DNA of 64,000 nucleotides, taken from Enoplolaimus lenunculus. Its lineage: Eukaryota. The number at the start of each line of letters is the position of its first letter. The first letter of the stretch is position 1. Location of the stretch: contig JASANG010001881.1 in NCBI GenBank assembly GCA_030248215.1, positions 372,001-436,000 of the forward strand, written 5' to 3'. The notes below the pieces were generated by a model. The model saw only the letters and a program-made list of their open reading frames with translations. It had not been told where the DNA came from and searched no databases. The position numbers and the translations under genes are program-made. Shown here one piece after another: positions 13,001 to 25,700 of this stretch.

Positions 13001-15620
13001 CATACAACGATTCTGCAGGCGGGTGCGGTCCAAAATAATCATGTTGACTACTGAGCAGAGACCGCCATTTCATTTGTTCAATTGCTGCGATCAAAAATTC
13101 GCTCAAGTAGAAATGAAGATTTTCCTGAACAAAAACAACACCAAAGGCTGTTTTAGGTTTAACACAACTATGCTACACTTATGTATAAACATTACTTACT
13201 ACATACTGGCTATGCCTTCCGTCAAACGGTTGCCATACCTAATAGCTGTTAAATTAATGTCAGTTAAAATAATTATCCTAATGAGATTTATGGTTCAGGG
13301 TTGCTGAAACTTACGGTATGCCAATGAACATCTAAACATGGATTTGAGCCTCAATGGGACAGTTGAGACTGAGATTAAGACTATGTTCTGGAGACTCAGG
13401 ACTGAGATATGTTTGAGTCTCAGAAAAGTTATATCTGCCGTTGAGCCAATGATCTAAAATGAACTGATGTCTATTGTTATTGTTGATTTTCAAATAAAAA
13501 AATAATTTGCAACGTTTTTAATTTGATTTTAACCCAGCAATTCAAGACACGATAAAAAGACACACAGTCTTGGTCTCGGTAGGTAGGGTCTTGTTCCGGC
13601 CGAAATCTTTACGGTGTTGTGCCAAATTAATTTTAACATTAAAATTTTTATAGTTGCTAAATTATAAGTTCGAATCGAACGCATTTTATCTCGTTCTGTT
13701 TAGTTACTAACTTGTTAGATTATAATATTTACTAAGTGATTTAAAAAGAAAAACTGTAATTTGGTGTTGAAAATTATTTTAAATTCAGGTTCCTGCTATT
13801 GTTTTGACAAAAAAGTGAATTCATGTTCCAGCACAATATAGTTCCCTGAGCTATCGACTAAGGCCGTAGGTCGCTAGTTCGAAATCACCCCGTATGCTTG
13901 CTTTTCCAGCTGCATAGTAAAGAAGGTGTGAAGTTCCCGATCGTACCTACCTTGGCAGACAGTGTATACGTACCTAAGAGTAAAAGCATGAGTTTTAAAT
14001 GTTAAGATACGAAAGTTAATTCCCCCATATTTCCCCTCCTCCCACCTTTACATACCATCTTTGTAGTGGAGCCCAGGGAGACCCGATAGTTTCTAGAATA
14101 ACCAAAGCAATAATGAACTATTTGTTACATGAAGTAACGAGAATGAAATGACCAGTGGTTTCGGAATTTACTTGTTTTACAGGGCTACTTACTTTTTGGA
14201 CTTCCAAAGGCACGCCCATACTAGCTTCGTGTTCTCGTATTCGTTCAGCTTCACGAAGAGACAAAATAAAACTTCGCCAATCTTCTGCAATTACTGAATG
14301 AAATGTTATGTGGGAAATCAGTAATACTAGTAAACGTAGTTGCACGCATGTGCCACATACAGATGTATCCGTATTTGAAATATATACTTGACAGAACCGT
14401 TCATGAGCAAGTCTAAACCTAAAACCATCAAAACTATCACCAGTCGTAACAAAACTATAAGAAAACTACATGTATTCAGCGAAGCTCGGACATGCTTAAC
14501 TGATAGTTTGACCATCTTACTTTCCAATTAATCTAATATGCAACTTAGTTATTAGCTGACTATTCACTAATTTGTTTTAGAGGTTTGTAAACAATTTATT
14601 CACATTTCTCGACCCAAAACCCTTTAGTACTGAATTTGATTAATTGTAACCGTAATAATGTAACTGTAATAATAAGTGAAATAATTTGAAAAGTATTGAT
14701 TTAGGCTTATTAGTTAAGCTAATTTGCAAACTAGCTTTTTAGATAAATATTTAAGCATCGGTTTTGGAGGCATGTAAACAATATAATCAGATTTCTCGAA
14801 GCCCAAAAAACCCTTTAGTACTAAATTTGATTGCTTGTAACACTAATATCAGTGAAATAATTTAAAACGTCCTATTTAGGCTTAGCTAATTAAGCTAATA
14901 TCAAATTAATTCGCTATTAGCTAACTGTTCAATTATCAATTTTAAAATTTACAAACAATTTATTCACTTTAGTACTGAAATTAAGATTGCATGTAACCTT
15001 AATTAAAAAGTCCTAATTTAGTCTTAACCAATTTTGCAAATTAGTTTGCAACTAATAAACAACTTAACATTTTAAAACCCCAATGTGAGGTTAACGACCC
15101 AGGATAATAAAGCTTTCAAATACAAACTATTTATCAAAATCGGTTCAGCGGTTCCTGAGATTCTTCTAGGACAGACAGGTGGACGGACATCCACCTTTCG
15201 ACCCCCGAGAACAAAATATAAAACGCATATTATATAAAAATCCACTGTAACGTTGCCCAAAACGTGTATCAGGGGCGTTCCAGCTTTAATATCGATAAAT
15301 AATATACCAACCATTTTGATTAAATGTTTAACTATCCTTAAGCGCAACTCGTAATTGCCTTAGATATTTAGCATATGTAAGTCATTATTATGCAAAGTTA
15401 CGATCTGGGCGAAGACCACTTTTAAAGGATCGTCAGATTAAAGCTCAATATATACCGCATATTATGAAATTAATGTTAAATCAATGAGATCTGGAGTTAT
15501 GTACAAACCTGAGGTCGCAGTGGCTGTTCTTGATTCGTCATCGATAGGTACTGATGTAGAACTGCCATCAGATAATGTATGCTTGTGATGTTTGTGAATA
15601 CGTCTACCACCAGATGACAT
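7021..15620 (-). CDS. RUBCN: Rubicon-family autophagy regulator (C-terminal Rubicon homology/zf-RING_9 domain), about 524 aa, 15 exons
   Basis: GT-AG exons with consistent phases: 15620-15509, 14284-14193, 13124-12999, 12159-11964, 11364-11307, 11062-10936, 10573-10511, 10236-10163, 9893-9829, 9519-9388, 9232-9150, 8862-8756, 7996-7837, 7516-7426, 7109-7021. Rubicon-type motifs: [111 protein letters not shown]. Confidence 0.9.
8564..8720. mobile_element. hAT-like MITE
   Basis: TIRs CAATGGCATAGCCAGG / CCTGGCTATGCCAATG and a perfect 8-bp TSD TACCAAAG. Confidence 0.85.
12402..12890. mobile_element. hAT-like MITE (CAGGGTGCAACCGG family)
   Basis: TIRs CAGGGTGCAACCGGAAT / ATTCCGGTTGCATCCTG. The interior is homologous to 62040-62324. 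Confidence 0.75.
13850..13960 (+). mobile_element. 5'-degenerate copy of the tRNA-derived SINE
   Basis: CCGTAGGTCGCTAGTTCGAAATCACC...AGCTGCATAGTAAAGAAGGTGTGAAGTTCCCG...CCTACCTTG aligns with the reverse complement of 1381-1470. Confidence 0.55.
14540..15240. mobile_element. Dispersed repeat, possibly Helitron/HINE-like
   Basis: Internal degenerate tandem units. 15000-15150 matches the reverse complement of 1740-1890. Contains ATCGGTTCAGCGGTT and a GACAGAC/GACGGAC motif. The family call is inference. Confidence 0.4.
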
Positions 15621-16448
15621 AACGAAGTAATAATACCATTGTATTCAGTAAAAAGTAATATCTATGCCCAAAAAGACAACAATCCAAGGTTATTCTCACT
15701 TGACGACCAATGTTTCAAGGCATATAAAATGAATCTGTTGCGGTTTTGCACGATTTGTACGCATTATTTTATGATATTTTTATTTCCAAATGTTTGAAAC
15801 GAAAAACTAGATGTGCTAATGTTCATCCGTCAAAAATCCTCAATAAAAAGCGTTCTAAGTGGGAATTATATAAACCCCAATATGTCCTGTTGACGTGCTT
15901 TACATTCTGCACAATTCAGCACAACCTCTCATAATGTTCTTTTATTGCACAAAACTTAAACCTTTAACATTATTCCTCTTATGAGCCACTAGCTATGTGC
16001 TTATCATTATATTTTTCACAGGGAAGATTCGTGTAGTCTATGTTTATATTTCAACGATGACATAACACAAACTCTGAAAGTTTATGTTTAGACAATGCAT
16101 ATATAATTTCCTGTTAATTCATTTCGAAACAAAATTTCAAGCCTTCAAATGGCTAGAAATTATAACTAATTATGTTGTGTTTCGCCACGGCTAAAGGAGG
16201 ACTTTTTTGCTACAAGAGGAGAACAAATAAATTAGTGCTACATGAAGCAGGCACAGATTCCAAACAATTTGATTTCTACTCTGAATTGAATTACATTTAC
16301 ACGCCTTCCATTGTAAATAGTTGTAAAGGTGGTATAGCAAACGTATAGAACACGGTCGTAAACAATAGTATAAAGTATATTCCTAAGCCTCAGCTTCTTA
16401 AATAAACCATGACCTACTAAATAGTAAGCTTTTAAGCTTAGGCTTTGG

Positions 16449-16665
16449 GGCCTATGTATAGAACAGGGGCGGATCGTTTTCCAGAGTGGCTGTAGAGTCA
16501 GTTTAAGCTTTAGACTAATTTTTGGCTTAGGCTTAGGCTTTCATAGGCTATAGGCTTTAGGCTTAGGAAAGGCTCATCTTAAGATTAGGCTTAATAAGCT
16601 TAGGCTTAGGCTTAGACTTAGGAATATGATTATACTACTGTTCCGGCCCTTTTTTTACATGGGCC
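16449..16665 (+). mobile_element. Telomere-repeat MITE (subfamily 3) inside an older TTAGGC tract
   Basis: GGCCTATGTATAGAACAGGGGCGGA...TTCCGGCCCTTTTTTTACATGGGCC with many TTAGGC units inside and in the flanks. Confidence 0.8.
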
Positions 16666-16928
16666 GGCTTAATTGGTTTAGGCTTCGGCTAAGGCTTATG
16701 TCTATTTTTATGCGTTAATACAAATCACGGCTCTCAAATGATCAATGTGTACAAGGAATGGTATGTCACGTTACTGTGGGACATTTATGCGAATATCATA
16801 TATTCCAAAATTTCAACGAATATTGTATGATATTCAGCGGGACAATTTTGGCATGTTTCGTCAAGCATGCAGACATTCGAAAATATATGTGATATTCGAG
16901 ACAAAACCTCGAATATTGTATGACGTTA

Positions 16929-17877
16929 TGCGGGATTCACGTAACCATTTGTGCGTTTGGTACCTGTTTTTTCACCAACCCATAGCAGGTGATAAATACA
17001 ATCCATGCGTATAGCTAGCTAGCTTCTACTTATCCATATGGGTAAGTATCAGCTGTAGCTATGGATTGCTAACCGCTGTTTTGCTACCCATATGGGTTTC
17101 TTAGGTCTTTTGCACCAACACATATGGATAGCAAATTATTATTTATTTTTTGTAAAAATATTAAAGATAAAAACGTAAAAGACAAATCTAGTGTTCTTCT
17201 TGCTGTTACAAGCAAATTTTAAGGATTAATACTGCTTTTGTATTATGTTAAGGTCCTGGTAAAATACGCCTGTTTTAGGGGATTTCGCAGGCATATTGTG
17301 CAGGTAAAGGCTGCCTATACTTTAAACATTCCGTATAAACAAATTATGGGATATTTCCGCGCTGCACTACATTGCATGCGCTCATAACGGACAAGCAAGT
17401 CTCACATGCTTGTGTGCCCCGATTTTCAACAAATTATATACAACTCGTTATCGATAAGCAGTCCTAACTTAAAACAACACCAGGAACCATTGGGACCTAC
17501 TCGAGTGATTAATCCGATATTTATTTATGGAAATAAAACATCTACCAGAACTGTGGACCCACCCTACACAAAGTTTAAAAGCACAAATACTAGCTTTCCA
17601 AACAAGCAAAATAACACGACAAAACAAACATTTTAAAAAATTTCTGTAGCCACAGTTAAAATGAAACCCATATTGGTATCTTGTGGACAAAACCGCAATC
17701 CATACGGGGTGTAATCAAAATTTTAGAGCTATCCATATGGGTAGCTCGACCGAAAGTACCACTAGCTATGTAGTACTAATACTTACCCATATGGGTATCG
17801 TGAAAATACTTGTCACCAAGTATGGGTAAGGTGAAAAAATAGGTACCAAATGCACAAGTAGTAACGTGAACCCCGCA
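16929..17877. mobile_element. Non-autonomous TIR element with TTA TSD (PIF/Harbinger-like), nested in a related element (about 16720-18027)
   Basis: Long imperfect TIRs TGCGGGATTCACGT.. / ..ACGTGAACCCCGCA, TTA on both flanks, and repeated CCATATGGG motifs. The host flanks match the reverse complement of 50934-51520. Confidence 0.75.
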
Positions 17878-18748
17878 TTAAAGAACAAAAAGTGACCCAC
17901 ACATGATAATTGCAGACAAATCTAATTTTTGAATACGATATGGGGTATACAAGCAAACAAAATGTTACACAGTCCTATAGGAACAAAACGTGTCCCATAC
18001 TGTCCCGGTTATAACGTGAACCACACATTTAGGCTTTGGGGTTAGGTTTACAAGCATGACACCTTCGACCATATTCCGAAATCCTAAAATCCTGCCTTGG
18101 ACCATATCTCGAAATCCCAAGATACCAAAATCCCACCATCAACCATATTCCGAAAGCCCAAAATCTTAGCTTCTATCATACCTCAAATTTTTGTGATGGG
18201 ATGGTGGGATTTTGGGACGGCAGCGAGGTTTACATATGCCCACTAGCAGATCCACAGGAGTCGGCTGGCTGGTGTTGGCGTACGTCATCGTCACTAAATT
18301 TTTTGTGATGAAATAGTAAGGTCACTCACCTTACAATTTCCCCTCACAAAACTGGCACATATAGCATACAGTAAAAATTGCGTTTCATAACCATTGCCAG
18401 CCCGCTCACCTCCGTCAGAAGTTTCTATAAGTCCGCCGCTGATAGCACAGCATACCAAACCCGAATATATGTTTTGTTAAAGTTATAAAGCTCTAGGTTT
18501 TTTCGCACCGTTTTGTTTGCGAATTGAAAACGTATGATTTAGTAAACTGATAAAACAGATCAATTTTAGTTTTATACAGAAAGATCATATATGTCACTGT
18601 TGGGTCTCTTAAGTTTTGACAGTTTGGTTTTAGAAATCTAATGAGTTTTACACTGCTCCTCTTGTAGGAAAACGCGAGTTAAAACAATATCTGTAATTTA
18701 TTAAGTATAAATTATAACCGGTCTTAGTATTTTATTATTCAAAAGTTT

Positions 18749-18912
18749 GACCCATGTAAAGATCCGGGGCGAAACATTGTGCTGCGAGTCTAGAAAACAG
18801 TAAGCTTTAAGCTTTAGACTAATTTTTTTGCTTGGCTTAGGCTTAAACTTAGGCTTTTAGGGATTTGATTATAAATTATAATACTGTTCCGCCCCTGTTC
18901 TTTACATTGGCC
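18749..18912 (+). mobile_element. Telomere-repeat MITE, subfamily 1
   Basis: Family TIRs and a perfect 8-bp TSD AAAAGTTT. Confidence 0.85.
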
Positions 18913-19336
18913 AAAAGTTTTTAGAATACAAAGTATGGCCAGTTACAGTTCTGAATATTTATTCGAAGTGTCTATATTTCGCCTAAAGCCAACATTTGGT
19001 ATGCTTTGGTCGTTAGTTTTGGTTTTCAGCAGAGAAGCTACAGTGGAATTGCTGCAAAATTTTAATTCCGGCTGTGAATGGTGATAAAATATGTGCGTCA
19101 ATTTCGAATCTATCACAGTGCATCACCTGATAACAAGCATAATCTGAGCATACGCATAATGTTGGACAACGAACGGTAGAATCGATAAAATTTCGGATTA
19201 CAAGTTGTCAGGCGACGAGTTATCGGGAAACAAATTGTGATATAAACCACTATTTTGATGCTGTAGCAGAGCTTAAACTACAGTGCGTGGCGCAACCTTG
19301 GCAACATCAGTTGCGTGTGTTTATCTGTTGTGTGTA

Positions 19337-19545
19337 CACTGTAAAAATTGGTAAGTCAAATTGACTCTCTCGGAAATAGGCTTTTCATGACTACACAAAC
19401 TAAGTCAAATTCGACTCCGCCAGATTTAAACGTGCGACTCAGTGAATCGAAGTTGACTCTGGTGGAGTCGAATTTGACTCAGTTTGTGTAGTTAGGAAAA
19501 GCCAATTTCTGAGAGAGTCAATTTGACTCTCTATTTTTTGCAGTG
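19337..19545. mobile_element. Palindromic CACTG-ended MITE (GACTC-rich family, CMC/EnSpm-like)
   Basis: CACTG...CAGTG, almost fully palindromic, with a 2-bp TSD TA. Further copies at 19966, 29252, 37337 and 44188. Confidence 0.8.
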
Positions 19546-19749
19546 TATTTTACTTAAGTAATCAAAATTTTAATTATGTTTTTATTTCTATTCCAAATTT
19601 TTCGGGAATTCAACAAAATACCCATGTAGACTGCTATATTTTAGCGTTGAAATATTTATTATTTTCTTTTATTACAAACTTTATATTAAATCGCTATTAA
19701 AAGTTATTTTACCTTCTTCGTTATTTTGAAATACCAACGTGATCTGAAC

Positions 19750-22700
19750 ATGAAGTTAATCTCATGTGCATTATTGACGCTTCGTTTACTACTTAACTGG
19801 ACAACGTTTCAACTCAGTTATGGGTAAGTTGCAGTGTGAAATATAAGGTAAAGTGCCGGACTCGGGTGTCGATTTACTTCCGGAACCGGGAGAAGACCTC
19901 AGGTTGCACCGGACATTACTTTAGTTTTTGATTTCCGGTTGCAGATATATAATTGACAGGCTCCACACTGCGAAAAAAGGTTAGTCAAATTTGACTCTCT
20001 CCGAAATACGCTTTTTGGGACTATATACACAAACTGAGTCAAATTCTACTCGGCCGGAGTCAAATTCGACTTACTAATTTCCACGTTTGACACTGGCGGA
20101 GTCGAATTTGACTCAGTTTGTGTAGTTAGGAAAAGCCTATATCGGAGAGAGCCAATTTGACTCACCATTTTTTCGCAGTACAGAATACCGAATAGCAAGT
20201 AAAACACTGCAAAGCAAATCAGCCACTACGAGCCAACCGGCAGGTGTCTAATACTTCATAAATTTCGACTATCCCTTAGTGATTTTGGCATTAATAATGG
20301 ATGAAAAGTTTCAACTAAATTTACGAAAATTTTGAATAGGATAAATTGATATAAGTCAGAAAGTTCACACATTCCCTCAAAAATGTGAGCCCAGCAATTA
20401 TCCTCCTAAATTCTACTAAGATTCAGAGACGCTGGGTGCAGTGACATCTGTACAATTGAATATTTTCTAAACTATGCGATATTTTTAGTGCGGAAAATAA
20501 GTGGATTTGACGTTTTGAAAATAATTTTTATGTCGATGCTAAAATAGCATAACGCTTTTCAAACATCAACTTTCGAAGTTGTTTTTTGCCAGCAGAGTGG
20601 AAAAGCTCAAACATGAATTGCAGTATAGCAAACACTAAAAAATGTTTACTTAACCCCTTCTCACATTGAGTTGCCTGTAGGCAACTAAGCGCAGTGTATA
20701 CACGTTAAATAGTATATATCGCACCGTGTTTAACAATAGCAACATGTATACATAGTACTAAATCACCACAAGACGTGAGAGCCCCCTCGGGCTCGAGCGT
20801 CAAGCTCGTATAGCTGAGTGGTGATGGTATACGCCTCCGCCTCCCACTACAGCCACCGGAGTTCGAATCCTAGCATAAAAGTAGGTCTCATGGGAAATAG
20901 AAAATATTCATGTGAGAAAGGGTTAACGTTTGGTACACTGCAATTCTTTTGACTTTCTCTGTTGACAAAAAACAATTTTGAATGTTGCTGTTTGAAACGG
21001 TATATTTTTGAATATTTAAAATTTATGTTTCAGAATGTATGTTTCGAAGTCAATCAAAAATAATACAGCATTCTATGACTATGTGAACACCGGGAAACAT
21101 ACGGTGAAGATTACAAATAGCTGGAATGTAAGCAAAGCTTAAATGTTTGCAGTTGAATAAAAGACTAGTAGTTATAGACGCATCCTTTGCGCTAAACTTC
21201 GAATACCAATACGCGGACCAGTTCTGGTGGAGAATACGTTGCGGAGTGATTCCATCCTGACTGTCCCCTTGAGATCCGATCCGTAGCTGGATCAAACCGT
21301 TCCGAACATGACACAACTTACAATACATAAATTCTAAACCAAATGAATCTATGGCAAGCATTCTCAAACATGTGTCGTGTACAAGTTTACAAGAAAATAG
21401 TGTGTTTTGTATTTAGAAACGTTTCAATTGAGAAACATGGAAATCAGTTCCCTCAAATGCAAAAAGGCTTACGGTTAGGCTTAAGCTTGCGTTAAGGATT
21501 AGATTTAGGCTAAAGTAGGCCGAAGAAATTTAGCCAAAAATAATTTGCTTCATATTAAATTTTAGGCAGTGGTGATATCAGCAATCGCTATATATGGGCT
21601 GGTATTAAACCAGTTAAGCTATCTAAAGCCATTTTTGCTGTTAATTTTCAGAGACCGTACACTATAAAGGTCACAATTGGATCCCCTCCTCAAAGCTTTG
21701 AACTGCTGTTTGACACAACTTCAATCTTAGTTTGGATTCCTTCCGTTCAATGCAAGTCCGGCTGTGACTGTTCAAATTCGACATCTCTCAACTGTTGTAT
21801 GTTTGGCGTTTTGTTCGCAATTCACACCGGTGCGATAGATCATTCACATAATAATGCGAGCATAGTTGTTAAAAATTGTCCATTCTCCTACTTAGGACCA
21901 GTGTCCAAAAAACGATGCTATAACAAGGAAGCAAAGTTTAGCCAAAATTGCAACCGGAATTCAAGTTTTTTTAAAATACAAAATGTTTGTTGCTTAACAA
22001 TTGTTTAGAAAGTCATCAACATACAGATTTGAGTCGATTGGCCCATGTACACAATATGATCAACTTGTTTATTAAGAATAAGCCTAAACCTAACACTGAA
22101 CCTAGCTTAAACCTAAACAAAAATCGAATCCGTATCCTAAAGCTAAGTTTTGCACTTAATAAGTCACCAGACCCCTACGCTTGACATAGGTTCACGGGCC
22201 GACAATTTTATCGGAATTTCAACCGGAAGCGGAATTCCGTTGGAACCCTGGACTGTAGCACCAAGAGTCGACAATAACTATTTACACAAGAGCATAAGTA
22301 TTACGTCTCAAAATGTCGAATTACCTAATGCCAAAGCGAAATTTTTCTAATTTCAGATTCAAAACAAGAATACAACGCTAGCGCTAGTGAAACTTACCAC
22401 GCCGATGGACGGTCGTTCAACGTTTCGTTTGGTTCAGATTACGTGGGCGGAGTTGTTTCTGAAGACAATTTAACTGTAATTGATTACAAAATACCTGAAC
22501 AATAATTTCATCCTGACACGAGTCCATTAGTTATAAAAAACCTGGGGTGGGGCTGTCAGAAACCGGCCAATGTTAGTTTTAGGGCCGTAAAAGTAGATTA
22601 AGCGGTATTCCTGAGCCTAAAGCCTAAGCCTAAGCGTCGCAAAAGCCTAAGCCTAAGCCTACAAATTGATTCTAATAATTAGCGAAAACCAAATGAATTC

Positions 22701-25700
22701 ATCCCATAAAATAACATTTTTTGACGCATGATTTTCTAAATGTTCCGGGATGTATAAATTTTACCGGAACAGAAACAGGAATTGAAGTTTTTTTGGAGGA
22801 ACCGGAATTTGAAATCATTTTCATCACCTAATTACTGTTGAACTGTTTAGTAAACTAGCCAATAAATGGTTTACGCGAATTTTCAGCTATTTCGCCCCAA
22901 GTCTGGTGAAACCACATCAGATTTTTAATCGAACAGTTTATTAACAAAATTAAACTAATTGCAAAAACACTCATTTATAACAACTTTTTAAAGAACAAAG
23001 TTTCTAATATTTCGATGATTACGGATAATTGACCACGAAACCATAAAGATTCCGAATTTGCGTCTTTGAATGCAGGAACAAGAATTAAATTTTTGCCGGA
23101 ATTCCGGTTGAACGCTGATATATATTGATTTTCTTCGTAGCTTTTTTAATGTTTCAGATTGGTAACGACGTAGTCAATCGAAGGCAACCATTTGGTGAAG
23201 CTGTAACTGTGCCTGAATCGCTTAGCGACTATCATTTTGACGGGATTCTTAGCGCTGGACGCATCTCGAAAAATTCAACAAAAGTTAAACAGCTTTTGCC
23301 AATTGTGAACGCTTGGGATCAAGGATGGCTTGCCGAACCGATGTTTTCGTTGTGGATGTCCAGGTTTGTAGAAATCATTATAATCAAACAAACCATATGC
23401 GTCGCATCTGCGAACCAAAATGGCCGTACCGGGGGTCAGCAGATTTTACCGCAAGTAAAACGGGATCCGGATGTAAAACAAATTACGTAATAAAATATAT
23501 GCAAATTTTAACAAAAATATGCGAAATATGGCTAAAATCGTGTTTAATTGCCTTTTTGAGAAATATCCGCAATGAAATGTTTCAAAATTACCACAAAGTA
23601 AACAAATTCATTGAACGGTGGCATTTTTATAAAAGTATGAAAAGTTTCGCAACCGGAAACATTTTAAACAGCCGGAGATTTGCCTCCGGCTCCGGCTTCG
23701 GCAAAAATTTTGTCATAATAGGAGCCAGAGGTCTATTTTCAAGCTGGAGCCGGAGACATACATCCGGTTGTACGGAACATGAACCGTAATTTCACGATAT
23801 CCAAATATACATTTCTTTTCGGAGACACATTCGAACATTTTATATATTGGCATATTTAAATCGTCTTAATACTTAAATTAGTGCAAATTCTTCGCTAACG
23901 CTTGTGAGCATTGGAAGCAATATCTCAGCGACGATAAACCCCTCTTATTAGCTAAAGCTGTATTTTAAAACTTTAGTAAACGATCAAAAGATTCTAGTGT
24001 AACAGGCGAACTAATACTGGGAGGCCAGGATGCTACAAAAATGGCCGGTAACATCACGTATGTTGATTTAGAAGACGGTGATTCATGGATCTTTATGATA
24101 GACAGGTATGTATTATGTATATCCGGCTGCCAACAAGAACTAAATTTTGCCTGAACAGGAACAAGAACTAGAATTTGAAATCTATATATTAAAGCTGGAA
24201 CGCCCCACATGCGTATTTTGGGCAACTTTCCAGCGTTACTTTTTGTTTACAACTGTTTCTTTAGAAATACACGTGATTGTTCTATGAAAAAAAAATTTGC
24301 AAAGAAACGTTTGTGCTTTCGCTAACTTTTGCGCATTGCGCAAAGCTGGCAAACTAGTATTTTTTATTACCGAATTTTGCTATTGAACTTTACAGAAAAC
24401 TTACCAAAAAATGATTTAAGCGAATTTTGAGTTATTTTATCATAAAGTTGCGGGAACCACAACAGATTTTTAATGTAACAGTTTATTAACAGAAAAAATT
24501 GAACTAAATTGTAAAAATACAGTACCGTTTACAGCACTTCACTAAAGAATCTGCCTGACTTTTTCTAAAAGAATGAATTGTTTGAAAAAGTTATCAGTAA
24601 TCAGTATTGCATAAGTATTTAAGCTTTAAGTTTTCGATTAAAATCAAACTGACTTTAGAAATCATTTAAACCCTTTCACTCATAGAGTATACTATGAGCA
24701 GCTAAATACAATAATGTGCGAGCAATACACACACTGTGAGCAGTGTTTAAATTTATAACACATGTGCGCAGTGTAAAATCTCCACCAGACGTGAGAGCCC
24801 CCTCGGGTTCGAGCGTCAAGCTCCTATAGCTCTGTGGTCATCGTAAACGCCTCCCACCCGTGAGACTGGGGTTCGAATCTCATCTTGAAATGACATCTTA
24901 TGTGAAATTGCAAATATTCATGTGAGAAAGGGTTAATGTATGAGCATTTTGAAGCCCAAATTGACAAAATGTAATTCCTAACCTCTGTTCAAACTAGGGC
25001 ACAGTTTAATTTTAGCGTTGAAATTGCCAATATAACAATGACCACTTCAAATCGATACCGGGCAGTAATCAACACTACGTCACCGTATATTTGGGTTCCT
25101 GAAGATGTTTACAATGTGATTTATAGTCAAATGCCACACGGTTTATCAATGAACCAATCAAAACTAAGCAATGAGGTGAATTAATTAATTTTTTAATAAT
25201 ATTGATTGGCCAGTTACTGCGATGGACACTGAAGGTAAAAAAATTTCAGAAAAACATGCCAGCTGATGCTTTTTGCCATCAGTCTGAGTTGCCTCGTGGC
25301 GCAGTTTTAGCATTTGTGTTCACTGTAGGGGCCTCGTCAAGAAAGTTATCTGGTGTACGCATGATATTGTGTGAGTTGCATAGAACAGAACCAACGTACA
25401 GAAAAGGCTTCCTGTCTTATACTACTCTAAGATCGGGATTGGTATTGGTACTGATGGCATCCGAGGATCGCATTTGGAACCGGATGCGGTATCGAAAGTT
25501 GTCTTCAGGTTTATAATCAAAATATAATATACCAATATGGTCTATCTTAGAGAAATTTAGCCAGTTTTAGATGTTGTCTTTAAGTAGCTGCTATGAAGAG
25601 TTTAAGGATTGCGTAATACTTTTTGATAAAAATTAACGTCTTCCGGCGTAGCTCCATCCGTTAGCATCCGTTATCGTCGTCCTGTATCGCGTACAATAGC

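Noticed and set aside
13315..13453. Additional Rubicon exon
   Set aside because: The flanking exons join in phase without it (VQK|ENLHF), its phase does not fit, and it looks like a GAGACT-rich repeat.
24820..24885. Functional tRNA-Gly genes inside the piggyBac MITEs
   Set aside because: The stems are inconsistent and the copies are diverged, so these are tRNA-derived rather than tRNAs.
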